Of a stretch of 64,000 nt of DNA, positions 14,193-26,277 are shown one piece after another. Position numbers and translations under genes: made by a program. Each line of letters opens with the position of its first letter. The stretch's first letter is position 1. The notes beneath the pieces were generated by a model. The model was not told the DNA's origin. It saw only the letters and a list, made by a program, of their open reading frames with translations, and made no database searches. The stretch spans positions 83,249,839 through 83,313,838 of the forward strand of contig NC_068981.1 of NCBI RefSeq assembly GCF_001194135.2, written 5' to 3'. The DNA is from Octopus bimaculoides (taxonomy: Eukaryota).

Positions 14193-14613
14193 NNNNNNNN
14201 NNNNNNNNNNNNNNNNNNNNNNNNNNNNNNNNNNNNNNNNNNNNNNNNNNNNNNNNNNNNNNNNNNNNNNNNNNNNNNNNNNNNNNNNNNNNNNNNNNNN
14301 NNNNNNNNNNNNNNNNNNNNNNNNNNNNNNNNNNNNNNNNNNNNNNNNNNNNNNNNNNNNNNNNNNNNNNNNNNNNNNNNNNNNNNNNNNNNNNNNNNNN
14401 NNNNNNNNNNNNNNNNNNNNNNNNNNNNNNNNNNNNNNNNNNNNNNNNNNNNNNNNNNNNNNNNNNNNNNNNNNNNNNNNNNNNNNNNNNNNNNNNNNNN
14501 NNNNNNNNNNNNNNNCGTTGCCTCTTCTGTCTTGGTCTTCTATTTCTGTAAATTTGATCTCTCTGTCTCTTACTCACTTACTATGTCTGTCTGTCTGCCT
14601 TTCGCTCTGCATG

Positions 14614-14684
<71 letters not shown>

Positions 14685-14796
14685 TTGTATAGATAGATAC
14701 ATAGATAGACAGATAGATAGATAGATAGATAGATATAGATATATATATACATATATATATACATATACACACACATAGGTATGTACGTCTACATAC

Positions 14797-14848
<52 letters not shown>

Positions 14849-15038
14849 TTTTGTTATATACTTTTGTTATTTACACCACCTGTCCTCGTCTGTTGTTATT
14901 ATTTGTATATTCTCCCATATATATATATATATATATATTAGCATGTTTATATGTGTATACATATATTTACGATTGTAGCTTTTATTGTGTAGGTGGATAA
15001 CTGCAATATATAGCAAATATGTGGATAAAACAGAATAT

Positions 15039-15540
15039 TGGCTTCTGATCTTAACTGATTGGGAGTGTTATCATGTACATTGTTTTGTCTTGGTATAAAA
15101 GATAGGCTACACCAAATATTCTGCTCAATATCACAAATTTGCTGGTCACTTATTTTACCTTAACCAGTTGATCATGTCCCCTAGCGGCTGGCGATAGGTG
15201 CATCTCTGATCGTGAGCAGAAGTAGTTGGGGAGCATCATAGTCATGTGTTGAAAGGAGTTCTTTGGAGTTTGGATAATTCACCTATGAAAACATGTGTGT
15301 TTCGTTCGACATCCTTATTCAGGGACGTTTTGAGCGGGATGGGCTACTCGGCCTGAAGAAAATTCTAACTGGGCACCATCTGCAAGGTCATGTGTTGTTT
15401 ATCTTGATATGAAATCACCATGTCGCGCACATATGGTTGTGATGCATATACCTTATCAGACGGGTAGTCATGATGGGCTTCGTATATTTTACCCCAGTGT
15501 CACTTTGAGGGCATGCAATACTCTCTCACTCAATAATAAT
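15039..15540 (+). mobile_element. ~500-bp non-coding interspersed element with (AAT)n tail, copy 1
   Basis: Collinear with 16051-16535; ends ctctctcactcaataataataa. Confidence 0.75.
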
Positions 15541-15544
15541 AAGT

Positions 15545-16010
15545 AGAAAGCTAATTTGAACATGCTAATAAATGGTATGAACATGAACTTAGTAAAGTAC
15601 AAGGAAGTAAGAAATACAAGGTGCTGTAGCACTTCAACATTCAGATTGATAGAGTAATAGAAGCTAAAAGGGCTGATTTGGTAGTGGTAGATAAAGAGAA
15701 TAGAAAGTCCTAGATAATTGACTTTACAGTCCCAAATGATGAAAAAAATTAATATGAGAGGTATAAAAAAATAGCTAAGTACCAAGAGCTAGCTATTAAA
15801 TTACAGAGACTATGGAAAGTGCGTGTGAAATACATCCCAGTAGGTGCATTGGGAACTATGTCAAAAGATCTAAACAGATGGATAGAGGAAAACTTAAGAA
15901 AACAATGGTATTAGGAACAGCTAGGATACTTATGAGGGTTTTTGGAATCTAAGGCTACTTTTTGCAGTCCGATGTTAGGAGTCTTTTCTTTTCCAACAGT
16001 CTAATCTGTT
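15545..16010 (+). mobile_element. R4/Dong-like retrotransposon 3' fragment (REL endonuclease), decayed
   Basis: KWYEHE...FNIQIDRVIEAKRADLVVVDKENRK..IIDFTVPNDE..KYQELAI.LQRLWKV...GALGTMSK...LGTARIL, followed by AAT repeats. Confidence 0.85.
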
Positions 16011-16050
16011 GAGCGTATAGGAAAATAATGATAAAAATAATAATAATGAT

Positions 16051-16535
16051 GCAGGACCAGATAGTGGCTCTCAAGGCTTCTTATCTTGACTTATTGGAAG
16101 TGCTATCATGTAAATGTTTTGTCTTGGTATAAAAGATGGGCTACAGCAAACATTCTGCTCAATACCACAGATTTGCTTGTCAGTTGTTTGACCATAACCA
16201 ATAGAGCATGTCCTTTAGTGGCTGACGATAAGTACATCTCTGATCACGAGCAGAAGTAGTGGAGGTGGGGAAGCAACCTAGCTATGTGTTGAGAGGAATT
16301 CTTTGGGGTTTGGATAATTCATCTCTGCAAACATGAGTGTTTCATTCAACACCCTTAAAGAACCCTTATTCAGGGATCTTTATTTGCTTGATGGGCTACT
16401 CGACCTAAAGAAAACTTTAACTGGGTCCCATCTGCAAGGCCATGTGCTGTTTATTTTTATATGAGATACCATATCGCGCACATATGATGTATGTTCCTGG
16501 TGTACCCTTATAAGACGGGTAGTCGTGATGGGTAT
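16051..16535 (+). mobile_element. ~500-bp non-coding interspersed element, copy 2 (3' truncated)
   Basis: Direct repeat of 15039-15540 with many substitutions and indels; runs into ataataataacaataat. Confidence 0.75.
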
Positions 16536-16559
16536 AAATAATAATAACAATAATAAATA

Positions 16560-17300
16560 TAACAACCAGCCCTTAGCTCGGGCAACAATCAAAAGAGGTA
16601 TCTTCCAGGAAGACTCTTGTTCACCTTTGTTATTTTAGGAATGAGCAAGTGTCTCCGCTGTGCCGCATCTGCAATAGAGTGGATGAAACCATTGACCATA
16701 TCAAAGCCACTACGATTTGTGGCGACACGATCAGATTGCGAAAGTGCTACATCGAAAACTGCGGTATGTAGGGGCTAGAGAGATGCAAGACGTGATATGA
16801 GCACAAACCACAGAGAGTGGCAGAGTCGGAGACTAGCAAAATCCTCTGGGATTTTCCAAATGAAACAGACTAGGTGCTAGAGCATAACAAACCAGACATA
16901 GTGGTGGTCGACAAGGTGCACCACATAAGCTAAATAGCTGATGTTGCATGCCCCTTTGACTCACGAATAGTCAAGTAGGAAGGTGAAAAGATAGATAAAT
17001 GCAACCCTCTTAAGTACGAAATAGCCCGGCTATGGAAAATGAAGAAAATGAAGATAGTGCCAATTATTGTTGGGTTCTTGGAAACAGGATCAGAAGGCAT
17101 CAAGGGAAATATAAAGGAAACTGGAATAGAGTGCCCAGTAGAACTGTTACAAAAGGTTTGCCTCCTTCGCAGAGCCAGAATAATCAGGAAAGTATTAAGA
17201 TAGTTGAAAGGAACAAATAGCATGGTACCGTAGGCTGCAGGTAGCAAGCCTACTACACATGCAAGACTCCAGGAACTCCGACAAAACCTGTGATAAAGTG

Positions 17301-17304
<4 letters not shown>
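16560..17304 (+). mobile_element. Second R4/Dong-like fragment with internal deletion (RT motif fused to CCHC knuckle and REL)
   Basis: RGIFQEDSCSPL (RT QGDSLSP motif), then PLCRICNRVDETIDHI, RHDQIAKVLH, KILWDF, HNKPDIVVVDK, DVACPFD, EIARLWKM, VPIIVG; ends in a long (AAT)n. Confidence 0.88.
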
Positions 17305-17360
<56 letters not shown>

Positions 17361-17361
<1 letters not shown>

Positions 17362-17575
17362 CCTTTCTATTATAGGCACAAGGCCTGAAATTTGAGAGAG
17401 GGGGATTGTCGATTACATCGACCCCAATGCGCAACTGGTATTTAATTTATTGACCTCCAAAGGAATAAAGGCAAAGTCGACCTCGGCAGAATTTGAACTC
17501 AGAACGTAAAGACGGACAAAATGCCGCTAAGCATTTTCCACGAAGGGCTAACGATTCTGCCAACTCGCCACCTTT

Positions 17576-17577
<2 letters not shown>
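17361..17577 (-). mobile_element. tRNA-headed SINE family A, near full length, flanked by (AAT)n on both sides
   Basis: The reverse complement has GGCGAGTTGGCAGAATCGTTAG (A box) and GAGTTCAAATTC (B box). Confidence 0.88.
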
Positions 17578-17578
<1 letters not shown>

Positions 17579-17640
<62 letters not shown>

Positions 17641-17681
17641 TAATAATAATAATAAAAATGACGACGACGACGACGACGACG

Positions 17682-17714
<33 letters not shown>

Positions 17715-17730
17715 TCAACAATAATAATAA
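17579..17730. repeat. Compound trinucleotide microsatellite (AAT)n(GAC)n(AAC)n
   Basis: Read directly from the sequence. Confidence 0.95.
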
Positions 17731-18619
17731 AATTAAAAATTATAATGGAGAAGAGAGTGCAGGAGGTGACGTAGGAGGAATAGGAGAAGGATGGAAGAAC
17801 AAATAAGTAAAAATGAACAACAAACGCAATAGTAAAATAATAAAAAAAAAAACCTTTGCATCTGTATTGAAATAATTCTATTTTGATCGATTTCGAGTCT
17901 GAATCTATAGATGAAAAAAGTTTAATATTGGCGTTAACGGTTTTACGTCTTTAATGTTTTATTGCTGTCAGCTTTCATTTGAACACTGTTCTATTGTTGG
18001 AGAAAGATTTCGTTAAGTGCACTCTTTTAGTTTATACAAAATAACTATATCAATATACTATATAACCCGCTTGTTATATATTCACTTGTCTCATTTAAGT
18101 TTGGCATAAAAATTGTTTTAAATCTTAGTCCAGCTTCTGGCTCGTAATGTTTTAAACTGCTGTATCTGAATTGTATCACTTATACGAAAATATAATTTTC
18201 TTTTACATTAACTTCAACACTTATGCTACTGCATATGAAATCGAAGCTAATGAAAAAAGTGATTTAACTGACACTGCTAAAAATGTTGGGCCGAGACAGG
18301 CTATAGTCTTATTTGCATTTTCAGTTATATTCAAAACAGCTGTACTGATATTTTAATTTCAAAACTTGTACCTGAGGAAACGATTTGCTCGTTGCATTCA
18401 AATAAATAAATTAACTATGCATTAATTATTTAATGACTATATGGTTGATGCTGTTTGAACTTCAGCCACTGAAACAGCTGTAGAGCAAATCTAATTAAAT
18501 TTTCGAATAACATGGAATTTTCTGATTTCTATTCTTTCATGTACATGCATATATATGTACATACAATTCGCACACACACACACAAATATATATACATTTT
18601 ATATAAACACATGTGTGCG

Positions 18620-18675
<56 letters not shown>

Positions 18676-18793
18676 NNNNNNNNNNTGTTTGTGTGTGTGT
18701 GTAGAAATATTGTGTAAGCCATGCACAATCAGTAAACACTTTCATGAGTTATTGACTGATACTCAAGGTAGTTTCGGCGCATTTAATCAACAG

Positions 18794-19037
18794 AATTGCA
18801 AACATGCTTCAGCATATCCATGCTTTGCTTTCAAGGCAGGTCTGCAACAGCTATACAAAATTGAACGAAAAGTTAGCTCGTAAAGCTAAGACGGTGTATG
18901 CAGTTATGATGAAGTTAGAAACGATATTAAACCGTAAGATCATTCGACAAAAGAACAAAAGTAACAAGAAGCCAGACTTTGAGTGTGAATGGAACAGAGA
19001 AATGAAGGAGGGAATGAATAGATTGGAGCCAGAGGAA
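18794..19037 (+). CDS. Candidate coding exon (phase 2 to 0), charged/helical peptide of unknown function
   Basis: caacag| acceptor; 244 nt open (IANMLQHIHALLSRQ...MNRLEPEE); in-frame GAA|GTAAGT donor. The polypyrimidine tract is weak. Confidence 0.35.
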
Positions 19038-19059
19038 GTAAGTGTGTAAGTTTCAAAAT

Positions 19060-19145
19060 GTAGTTCCTGCGGATCCAACCAACAGAACATCCTGCTCGTG
19101 AAATTAACATGCAAGTGGCTGAGCACGCCACAGACACGCGTACCA
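19060..19145 (-). mobile_element. SINE family B internal fragment
   Basis: cctgctcgtgaaattaacatgcaagtggctgagcac matches 38228-38619 and 48664-49039. Confidence 0.75.
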
Positions 19146-19199
19146 TTTAGAAGTTTCTCATGGAGATGCAGCATGACAGAGAATATGACAAGGCTGGTC

Positions 19200-19358
19200 C
19201 TTTAAATGGCAAGTACAACTCATTTTTACCAGCTGAGTGGGCTAGAGTAACATGAAAGGAAGTATCTTGCTCAAGGACACAACACGGCGCTGGATATCGA
19301 ATTCACGGCATTATGATCTTGAGCCGAATACACTAACCATTAAGCCATGCGCCTTCTC
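19200..19358 (-). mobile_element. tRNA-headed SINE (family C) 5' part
   Basis: The reverse complement has gaaggcgcatggcttaatggttagtg (A box), a B-box-like gaattcgatatcc and the tgtgtccttgagcaag core; similar to 36600-36735. Confidence 0.65.
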
Positions 19359-19886
19359 TACTTTATTCAAATATAATCCAATCATCGTTGTTAATATTTT
19401 TCTCTCTTCCAATAAACCTCACTGTTTAATGTCTTTCCTACCTTCGTCTTATTCCTTGCTTATCTTACCTTTACGAGTTATGTTACGCTACGTTTTGTAT
19501 ATTTGTTGCCGTCTTGTCTTAACACCAAACCTTGAGCGAACAGATACAAGTATTCCATTCTGTTTGAATAATGTGACCAAATTGGTGTTCAATCAACAAC
19601 AGATGGAGGAGCATTGGTGACGCTCTTTGAATATTATCTTTTGTGTTTTACATTTTGTCCGTGCTTAATTGTTCTTGTATTGCTATATCAGCCTTCGTTC
19701 CAACATCCATTTCTGGATTATCCCCATAAGGATTACTTTACGCGGATTTCTACACGGATTTTTACTACTGGAATGAAACTACACTTCAAGTACTGTTCTC
19801 TCTTTTTTCAGCGCATCACACTCTTTACCACTTCATACTAAAAATATCCGCCTATGGATATAATAATAGATGACTTTATTTTTTCT

Positions 19887-19935
19887 GTCTCCGATGAAGG
19901 GAAGTACTGGATCTTCCCAGAAACAGCTGTAAGAC
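19887..19935 (+). ncRNA. Type I hammerhead ribozyme fold (variant core), Penelope/retrozyme-like
   Basis: GTCT-CCGATGA-A-GGGAAG(tactggat)CTTCCC-A-GAAA-C(AGCT)G-TA-AGAC. Stem I GTCT/AGAC, 6-bp stem II, minimal stem III with a palindromic loop, GUA cleavage triplet. Deviations: U4C and an A-A mismatch at 10.1/11.1. Confidence 0.75.
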
Positions 19936-21298
19936 TCTATCCATAAAATACTTCTCCAGCCTTACCATTGCTCTCTTTATCTTTTAATTTTTATATATTT
20001 ACATATACACACGCTAATGTACGACTTATAATCCCCAATCCTGTTCATACAACGACTGGGGCTAACTAGTCGGTATACAGCACTTACTCGGTATTACCTG
20101 TATCCTCTTGGGTTTGGTTAAATCCAATACCCTCCTCANNNNNNNNNNNNNNNNNNNNNNNNNNNNNNNNNNNNNNNNNNNNNNNNNNNNNNNNNNNNNN
20201 NNNATAAACTTACACACACACACATGTACAGAGAGAGAAAGAGAGACACTAACTGAAAATATGCATAGATACCTACACACAGACACGTAGGCACCTTCTC
20301 CCCCCCCCCACACACATACACACACTCACAAATTCACACGCACACATGTACACATACATTCTTGTAAAACTCTCGAAATAAGGTATGCCAAAGTGTTAAC
20401 ATTGAATCAACTGAACAGGATTAACAGCATGTTGTTTCATAGCTTGATATTGTCAGAGAAGGACTAGGAAAAAAATGTTATAGCCACTAAATTAATGTTT
20501 GAGAGCTTATTACAAGAATAATATCAAGATAAACTAGACGTGTCATAATTGCAGTTGAAATAATCGGAGCACACATGTCAAAACAATTTGTAAGAATTCT
20601 CAGCTGCCATTTAAAATAGCTGAATTCTTAATGATCAAAACATTCTTTGTACTTGCTATGTAAAACAAGTACAATCCTCTCTTTTTTCTTTTCTTTTCTG
20701 CGACAGTGATGCAACAATTTCTCCAGATGGGGAGCTACAAGACTAATTGGTATATAATCCATTATTTTCTTTTTAACAAATTATTATTATTACTTTTACG
20801 ACATAACAGAGTTCCTAATGACCCCGAAGCTGACGCCAATTATAAAACATCAGCTTCTTCTCATTAATTTCATTTTACTCTCTAAATATTAAAGTGAACT
20901 TTAAACTTCTTTCGTACACTTTGTTTAAAGCTAATCCATTCTTCTCTTGTTGGATAATGCCTTTTCCTCATATCGCTACCAGCATCACAAAGAAATATGT
21001 ATTGAAAACCAAATTTCGTATCAATTTATTTGCAATAAAAGGGCCATGAACAGAACGAAATTTTGAACCAATAAGCTGATTAAATTCTTTACTGTAACAA
21101 AATTTGAGTTCACATTTCAGTAGTGTTGATGTAATGTTCATCAGAAATAATGTAACTCGCAAACAATAATGTGACATCTGATTCAACCACCGATGTATTC
21201 AAGATACGCTTATTCATGATCTAACGCAAAACATTTATCAACTTTTATAGAAAAAAAGATAATTTTCTTCATTTTTACTGTTGTTGGAGAAACAACAG

Positions 21299-21377
21299 AT
21301 CAGCGAAAAAATACCAGTTCATCAACTTTATTTCACGGATGCTTTATTGCAGCTGAAAAGAATATTATTATCAAAGT
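21299..21377 (+). CDS. Candidate coding exon (phase 0 to 1)
   Basis: acaacag| ... |gtaaag; reads ISEKIPVHQLYFTDALLQLKRILLYQ and is phase-compatible with its neighbours. A second frame is also open. Confidence 0.25.
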
Positions 21378-21850
21378 AAAGAAAAAAATTCTGATTTAGC
21401 TATACATATATCAGAATGATGGAAACCCTGTACTTTCAGAATCTGGTCTGGTACCCCATCCAAAGGAATATATTTATGACAATAAAAATGCATTTGTGTA
21501 ATTTGATTGTCATTGTACATCTGTACACACAGACCCACAAATCTGTGTAATGTAGCTGCAGACGAACTCTGATGGACTACATTTATAATTAACTGCATCC
21601 GATGGGTGTCTTACCCATTTTTCTGAGATACTCACTTCAGTGACATAGTTTTTGTTTCTTACTTAGATATAAGGACAGTTTTTGTAAAAGAATTATATAA
21701 TGTACCTTAACATCAACCACGAAAGAAAGAAAGTTCCAGTGAACATAGAATGTTTAAAGTACAACAATCTTACACATCACCATCGTGTCTAGTTATGCCT
21801 TACCAATTTACTCCTCTCACGCCGTAATGAAACATAGACTTTTCTTTTAG

Positions 21851-21875
21851 CTCATAACCTTACAGATTTAGACAA
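21851..21875 (+). CDS. Candidate 25-nt exon (phase 1 to 2)
   Basis: acttttcttttag| acceptor and CAA|GTGAGA donor. The only open frame (HNLTDLD) joins in phase to 23577. Confidence 0.4.
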
Positions 21876-22336
21876 GTGAGATTCCCTGATGTTCGTGCAT
21901 ATTCGAAAGGAAATAAAAATATTGTGAAAAGTGGAGTTGTTGGGGAGTTGCTATGGTGTTGCTATGCCCAAAATATAATTTTTACTTACATCTATTTTGT
22001 ATTTGTCTTTTAAAGAATTAACATTGTATGTATATTAAAATAGCGCTGTGACAAAACTTTTAATTGGAAATGATTATATAGTAAATGTATATCTGATTAT
22101 AACAAGAGCATTCAGGCCAAGTTAAGTAGTTCTTCAACCTATTCAAACTCAGGTTTCCAGCATTTTTTCTATTCTATCAAACAGTATTAAGTAATACATT
22201 TCATATAACTCAGTTCTATATTTAAGAGATGAGGAATTATGTACATTATTTACATTATTTACAACAATCAAGATGAGGACATATATCCATCAAATGTAAA
22301 TGTTCTTGTGTGCCTCTCTCTTTCTCTCTCTCTCTT

Positions 22337-22374
<38 letters not shown>

Positions 22375-22629
22375 NNNNNNNNNNATATATATATATATAT
22401 ATATAAATATATATACATATACACATATATAGATATGTATTTGTATGTATGTGTATATGTGTGTGTATGTGTTCGTGTGCGTGTGGGTGTGTGGGTGTAT
22501 GCAGGTATGTATGCTGGTTAATTCAACTTCTCGATCAAATATAATTTAAAATAATCCTTCCATTCCATCATGTGTTTAAGATCGTTGACATAAATATGTT
22601 GATACCAGCTCCTACCCTACCAAAATATA

Positions 22630-23066
22630 CAGACTTCAAATTTTGGTACAAGGCCTGAAGTTTCGTGGGGAGGCGGATAAGTCGATTAGACCAACTCCAG
22701 TATTCAACTGGTAATTATTTTATGGCTCTCGAAGGGATGAAAAGCAAAGTCGAACCTGGCAGCGTTTGAACTCTGAACGTAAAGACGGACGAAATGTTGC
22801 TAAGCATTATGCTCGGTTTGCTAACGTTTCTGCCAGCTCGCCGTCCTACCTTGTCAAAATATATTGGGTTAATATTTCGGCACAAGACCAGCAATTTCAG
22901 GAGAGGGAGTAAATCGTTTACATTGGCACCAGTGTATTTTATCGACCCCGAAAGAATGAAAGGCAAAGTGAACCCTGGTGGCATTTGAACTCAGAACTTA
23001 GCGACGGACAAAATGCCCCTAAGCATTTTGGCCGACGTGTTAGCGATTCTGCTAGCTCGCCGCCTT
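22630..23066 (-). mobile_element. Two head-to-tail SINE family A copies
   Basis: Two successive units, 22630-22850 and about 22860-23066, each with the gtcga...tttgaactc...gctaagcatt...ctgc(c/t)agctcgccg body. Confidence 0.85.
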
Positions 23067-23576
23067 ACTCTACCGCCACATATTAGTCAATATATTTATA
23101 TTCCTCCACTGAACGTTTTACTTAAGAAAAGTCAGAAGAGAGATTTTTTTATGGCCATGGTGTGGACACGTTAAAAAGTTTAAAACTGCTTTAATTTCTT
23201 TTTATTATTAAACAGCAATTTGTCCGTCTCCTTTTTCAGTCCTCACAACCACCGCACCGTATACAAACTACACAAATAATACAGAAATAAAAAAAAATTA
23301 GAAAGAAGATGTGAAAGAAAGAACGGAAGAATTTCGCAAGTGCCCGAGGAGGAATTTCAGTGTTTAATGGAGCTAACTGTAAAATGATTTTCTCTTCCTC
23401 AAACGACCCGTAATTAACATTTTATTTATTTGTGAAATGATTTACAGAGGACGTTGTAAAATATATAACCAGTATATATTAAAGTTCTTCTAGAAATGAG
23501 AATTCCTTTAAATGTCTCTTGCCTATTCATCCCCTTTCTTCATCTCTTTATTTCACTTCTAATCTCTTTATTTTAG

Positions 23577-23647
23577 CGTACCAAAGAGAAAAAATTCTCG
23601 GTCTGATCTCCTGACGAAACAAAATATTCAGCAAATTGTCAGAAATG
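23577..23647 (+). CDS. Candidate coding exon (phase 2 to 1), unidentified protein
   Basis: Long polypyrimidine tract ending ttttag|; open frame VPKRKNSRSDLLTKQNIQQIVRN; donor ATG|GTAATT; joins the next exon in phase across a 142-nt intron. Confidence 0.6.
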
Positions 23648-23789
23648 GTAATTAGTGTGAAAGTGTGGAGAGATGTTCAGTAGCCGACATTTTATCTTTC
23701 TTTGTTTAGTAGCCATTTATGTCTTCATTTATACTACTCTATACGACGAACTACTTTAACTTGAATGAAATAGTTGAACTTTGAAACAG

Positions 23790-23870
23790 GAGTCAGGTTT
23801 CATATGAAGGACATAATGTCATCTCTATGGACAGCAATTGAAGAACGTATAAACAAAGAAATAATTGAAG
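23790..23870 (+). CDS. Candidate coding exon (81 nt, phase 1 to 1), unidentified protein
   Basis: gaaacag| ... GAAG|GTAAGA; reads (G)VRFHMKDIMSSLWTAIEERINKEIIE; length is divisible by 3. Confidence 0.6.
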
Positions 23871-24648
23871 GTAAGAAAAGTAGCAAACAAAAAGAAATTA
23901 GTAAAAGAATAAATCAAGCAATGTTTTATTTAGCATGTGACAAATAGTGTTTAAAAATTAGTATGTACATATACAGATGTTTGTTGTTGTAGTTGTCGAT
24001 GTTACTGCAGCAGTTAATGATTCTTTATGCTTCTCATCGTGACTGTAATACAAACATCAATTATATGTACNNNNNNNNNNTATATATATATATATATATG
24101 TATGTGTATATATATATGGTTTTTTAAGTAGTGCTGATTTTTACAATTGGGGATATTGAGGAGCTGCTGCTTCTTACATTTGTCTATGTGGCTTTTATAT
24201 CTGTTCAGGGTGAATAGAAGAAATAGTTTTTACGATTACGTTTTCTTCTTCTGGTGAGTTGCAAGTATGTATGTTCACACATTCTTTGGCACCCGAAGAA
24301 GTTAATATACATATATTCAAACTCGAGGACAGAAGAATTAATACATAACATACAGATAATTACCACAATTAAGGACTCAAAATTTTATACACTTGTTACA
24401 ATTTGAATTTTGCGTTAGGAGTAGTTTATTGTGTAGACATCATCAATGTCACTTAGTTAACGTTTGTATGTTGTTAAATGCATTTAGTCTGCGCTATCTT
24501 ATTCAGGGAAGGTTCTTTCATAGACGTAGAGTGTTTGAGTTACCACTTTCCACCACGACTAAAACTTCATAGCCAAATTTTAGTCGTGCTGAAAATCGGA
24601 ATGATGAAACATAGTGCAATGACTATGTACATTCTCAATTTATATATT

Positions 24649-24680
<32 letters not shown>

Positions 24681-25894
24681 NNNNNNNNNNNNNNNNNNNN
24701 NNNNNNNNNNNNNNNNNNNNTATATATGAACATGAATGTAATGTTATTGTGTGCGCGGCATATGTGTAGTTATAGCAGCGGTGGCGGCGGCGGCGCGGGA
24801 GAGTATTCTGCAGCAATTAATTGTATCTTTCTCATATCCGGTTGGTGTTTCACTTTTAGTATTTTTCTTTCTTTCGTTTTGTTGGTGCTCGATGTGTGTG
24901 CGTGATGTGTGTGGCCAAATTGAGTGCCTGTGGGCGGTTTTAATTATGCTTGTTCATCGTTTTGGTGTCTTTACGTTTTCCTACATGCTAAGTTAATGTT
25001 GTGGATGTGTTATGTATAAGTGTGTGGTATATCTCTCTTCGTTAATTGTGTGGTATGTATATGTTGTTGTTTGTGATAGTTAGCTGTATTCGATGTTCTC
25101 TAAAAATGTATTCAAGGAAGGATCGATGGTAATTTGGTAAGTGCTGCTTTACAATTGCTGTCCTGGTGCCATGTTAGATCAGTTAGTTGTGCCGTTGTGT
25201 CAGGAGAATAGTCGGCTGATGGGTTATGTGTTGTGATGTTCACTACATATGAACTTTGCATGTGCTGAGTTAGTGTGATAAAAAGTCTAGCATGCACAAG
25301 GCAAATAATATGCGATAGGGGATGGATCTTTGAGATACTCCATTCAAGAACTAGTAGGTTTTAGATATGTTATATGCATGATATTTGTTTCGTTTTCTCT
25401 CATTCCTTTTTCGGAAGTGTTCAGTATTACACTCTCTCCCTTCATCTATTCTCTCTTCTTTTTCTTTTTCTTTTTCCTTTTCCTTTTTTTTTTTTTTTAC
25501 TTTTTCTTTCTTCGCTTTTTTTCTGTAAAACCGTTTAGCGAAAAATTAAGTTAAAAGTATTACAGATCTCAATGGTAGTTTAAACCTTACATATGTATAT
25601 AAGAGTGGCGAATTCTGGATTTAAATAGCTATGTAAGCTTTGAGATTCTTGTTGCCTTAGTTGTAGGCCGTGAATAGTGCCAGCTAAGCCGCTATTGAGC
25701 AAGCCTATGATCATGCACATTCCAGTCATGACCAGCTTATATTTTCCCACCAACAAACAAATGCATTCCATCCGTGACTATCCCGTAACAGACTACATTG
25801 TCCAAAGCTACCTTCTTTAAATTACTCGATGCTTTGTGAATAAAAACAGATAGCTGATATTTTGATCAGACTGAGCGACAACAAGGAGGCTTCT

Positions 25895-26042
25895 TCATTA
25901 CTCTTTTAATTGTTTCAGTCATTTGACTGCGGCCATGCTGGAGCACCGCCTTTAGTTGAGTAAATCGACCCCAGGACTTATTCTTTGTAAGCCTAGTACT
26001 TATTCTATCGGTCTCTTTTGCCGAACCGCTGAATTACGGGGA
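25895..26042. mobile_element. SINE-like repeat fragment
   Basis: gtttcagtcatttgactgcggccatgctggagcaccgcc...ttgccgaaccgct; the same gactgcggccatgctgg core occurs near 103-120. Confidence 0.65.
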
Positions 26043-26277
26043 ATAGTTCTACTTTTGCAGATTATTTGCTTCGAATAGTGGTCCATCCTGTTACTTATAA
26101 TTATGAAAATCTTCTTATTGCCATTGCTTACGTAATAATTATCGGTGCCAAGATTTCTTGTTACTTCAGGGCAGCAGACTCATCATAAAGTCTATTGTTT
26201 CAACTGTAACCAATCCATCCTTTAATTTTAGCTTGGCTTTTCCGCCATCTTATATCTAACTTTTACTTTATCCCATG

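Noticed and set aside
18440-18490. GAAACAGCTGTA, identical to the 3' half of the 19887 hammerhead
   Set aside because: No upstream CUGANGA core and no stem I complement.
21100-21160. Minus-strand CTGATGA...GAAA
   Set aside because: No stem II or stem III pairing.
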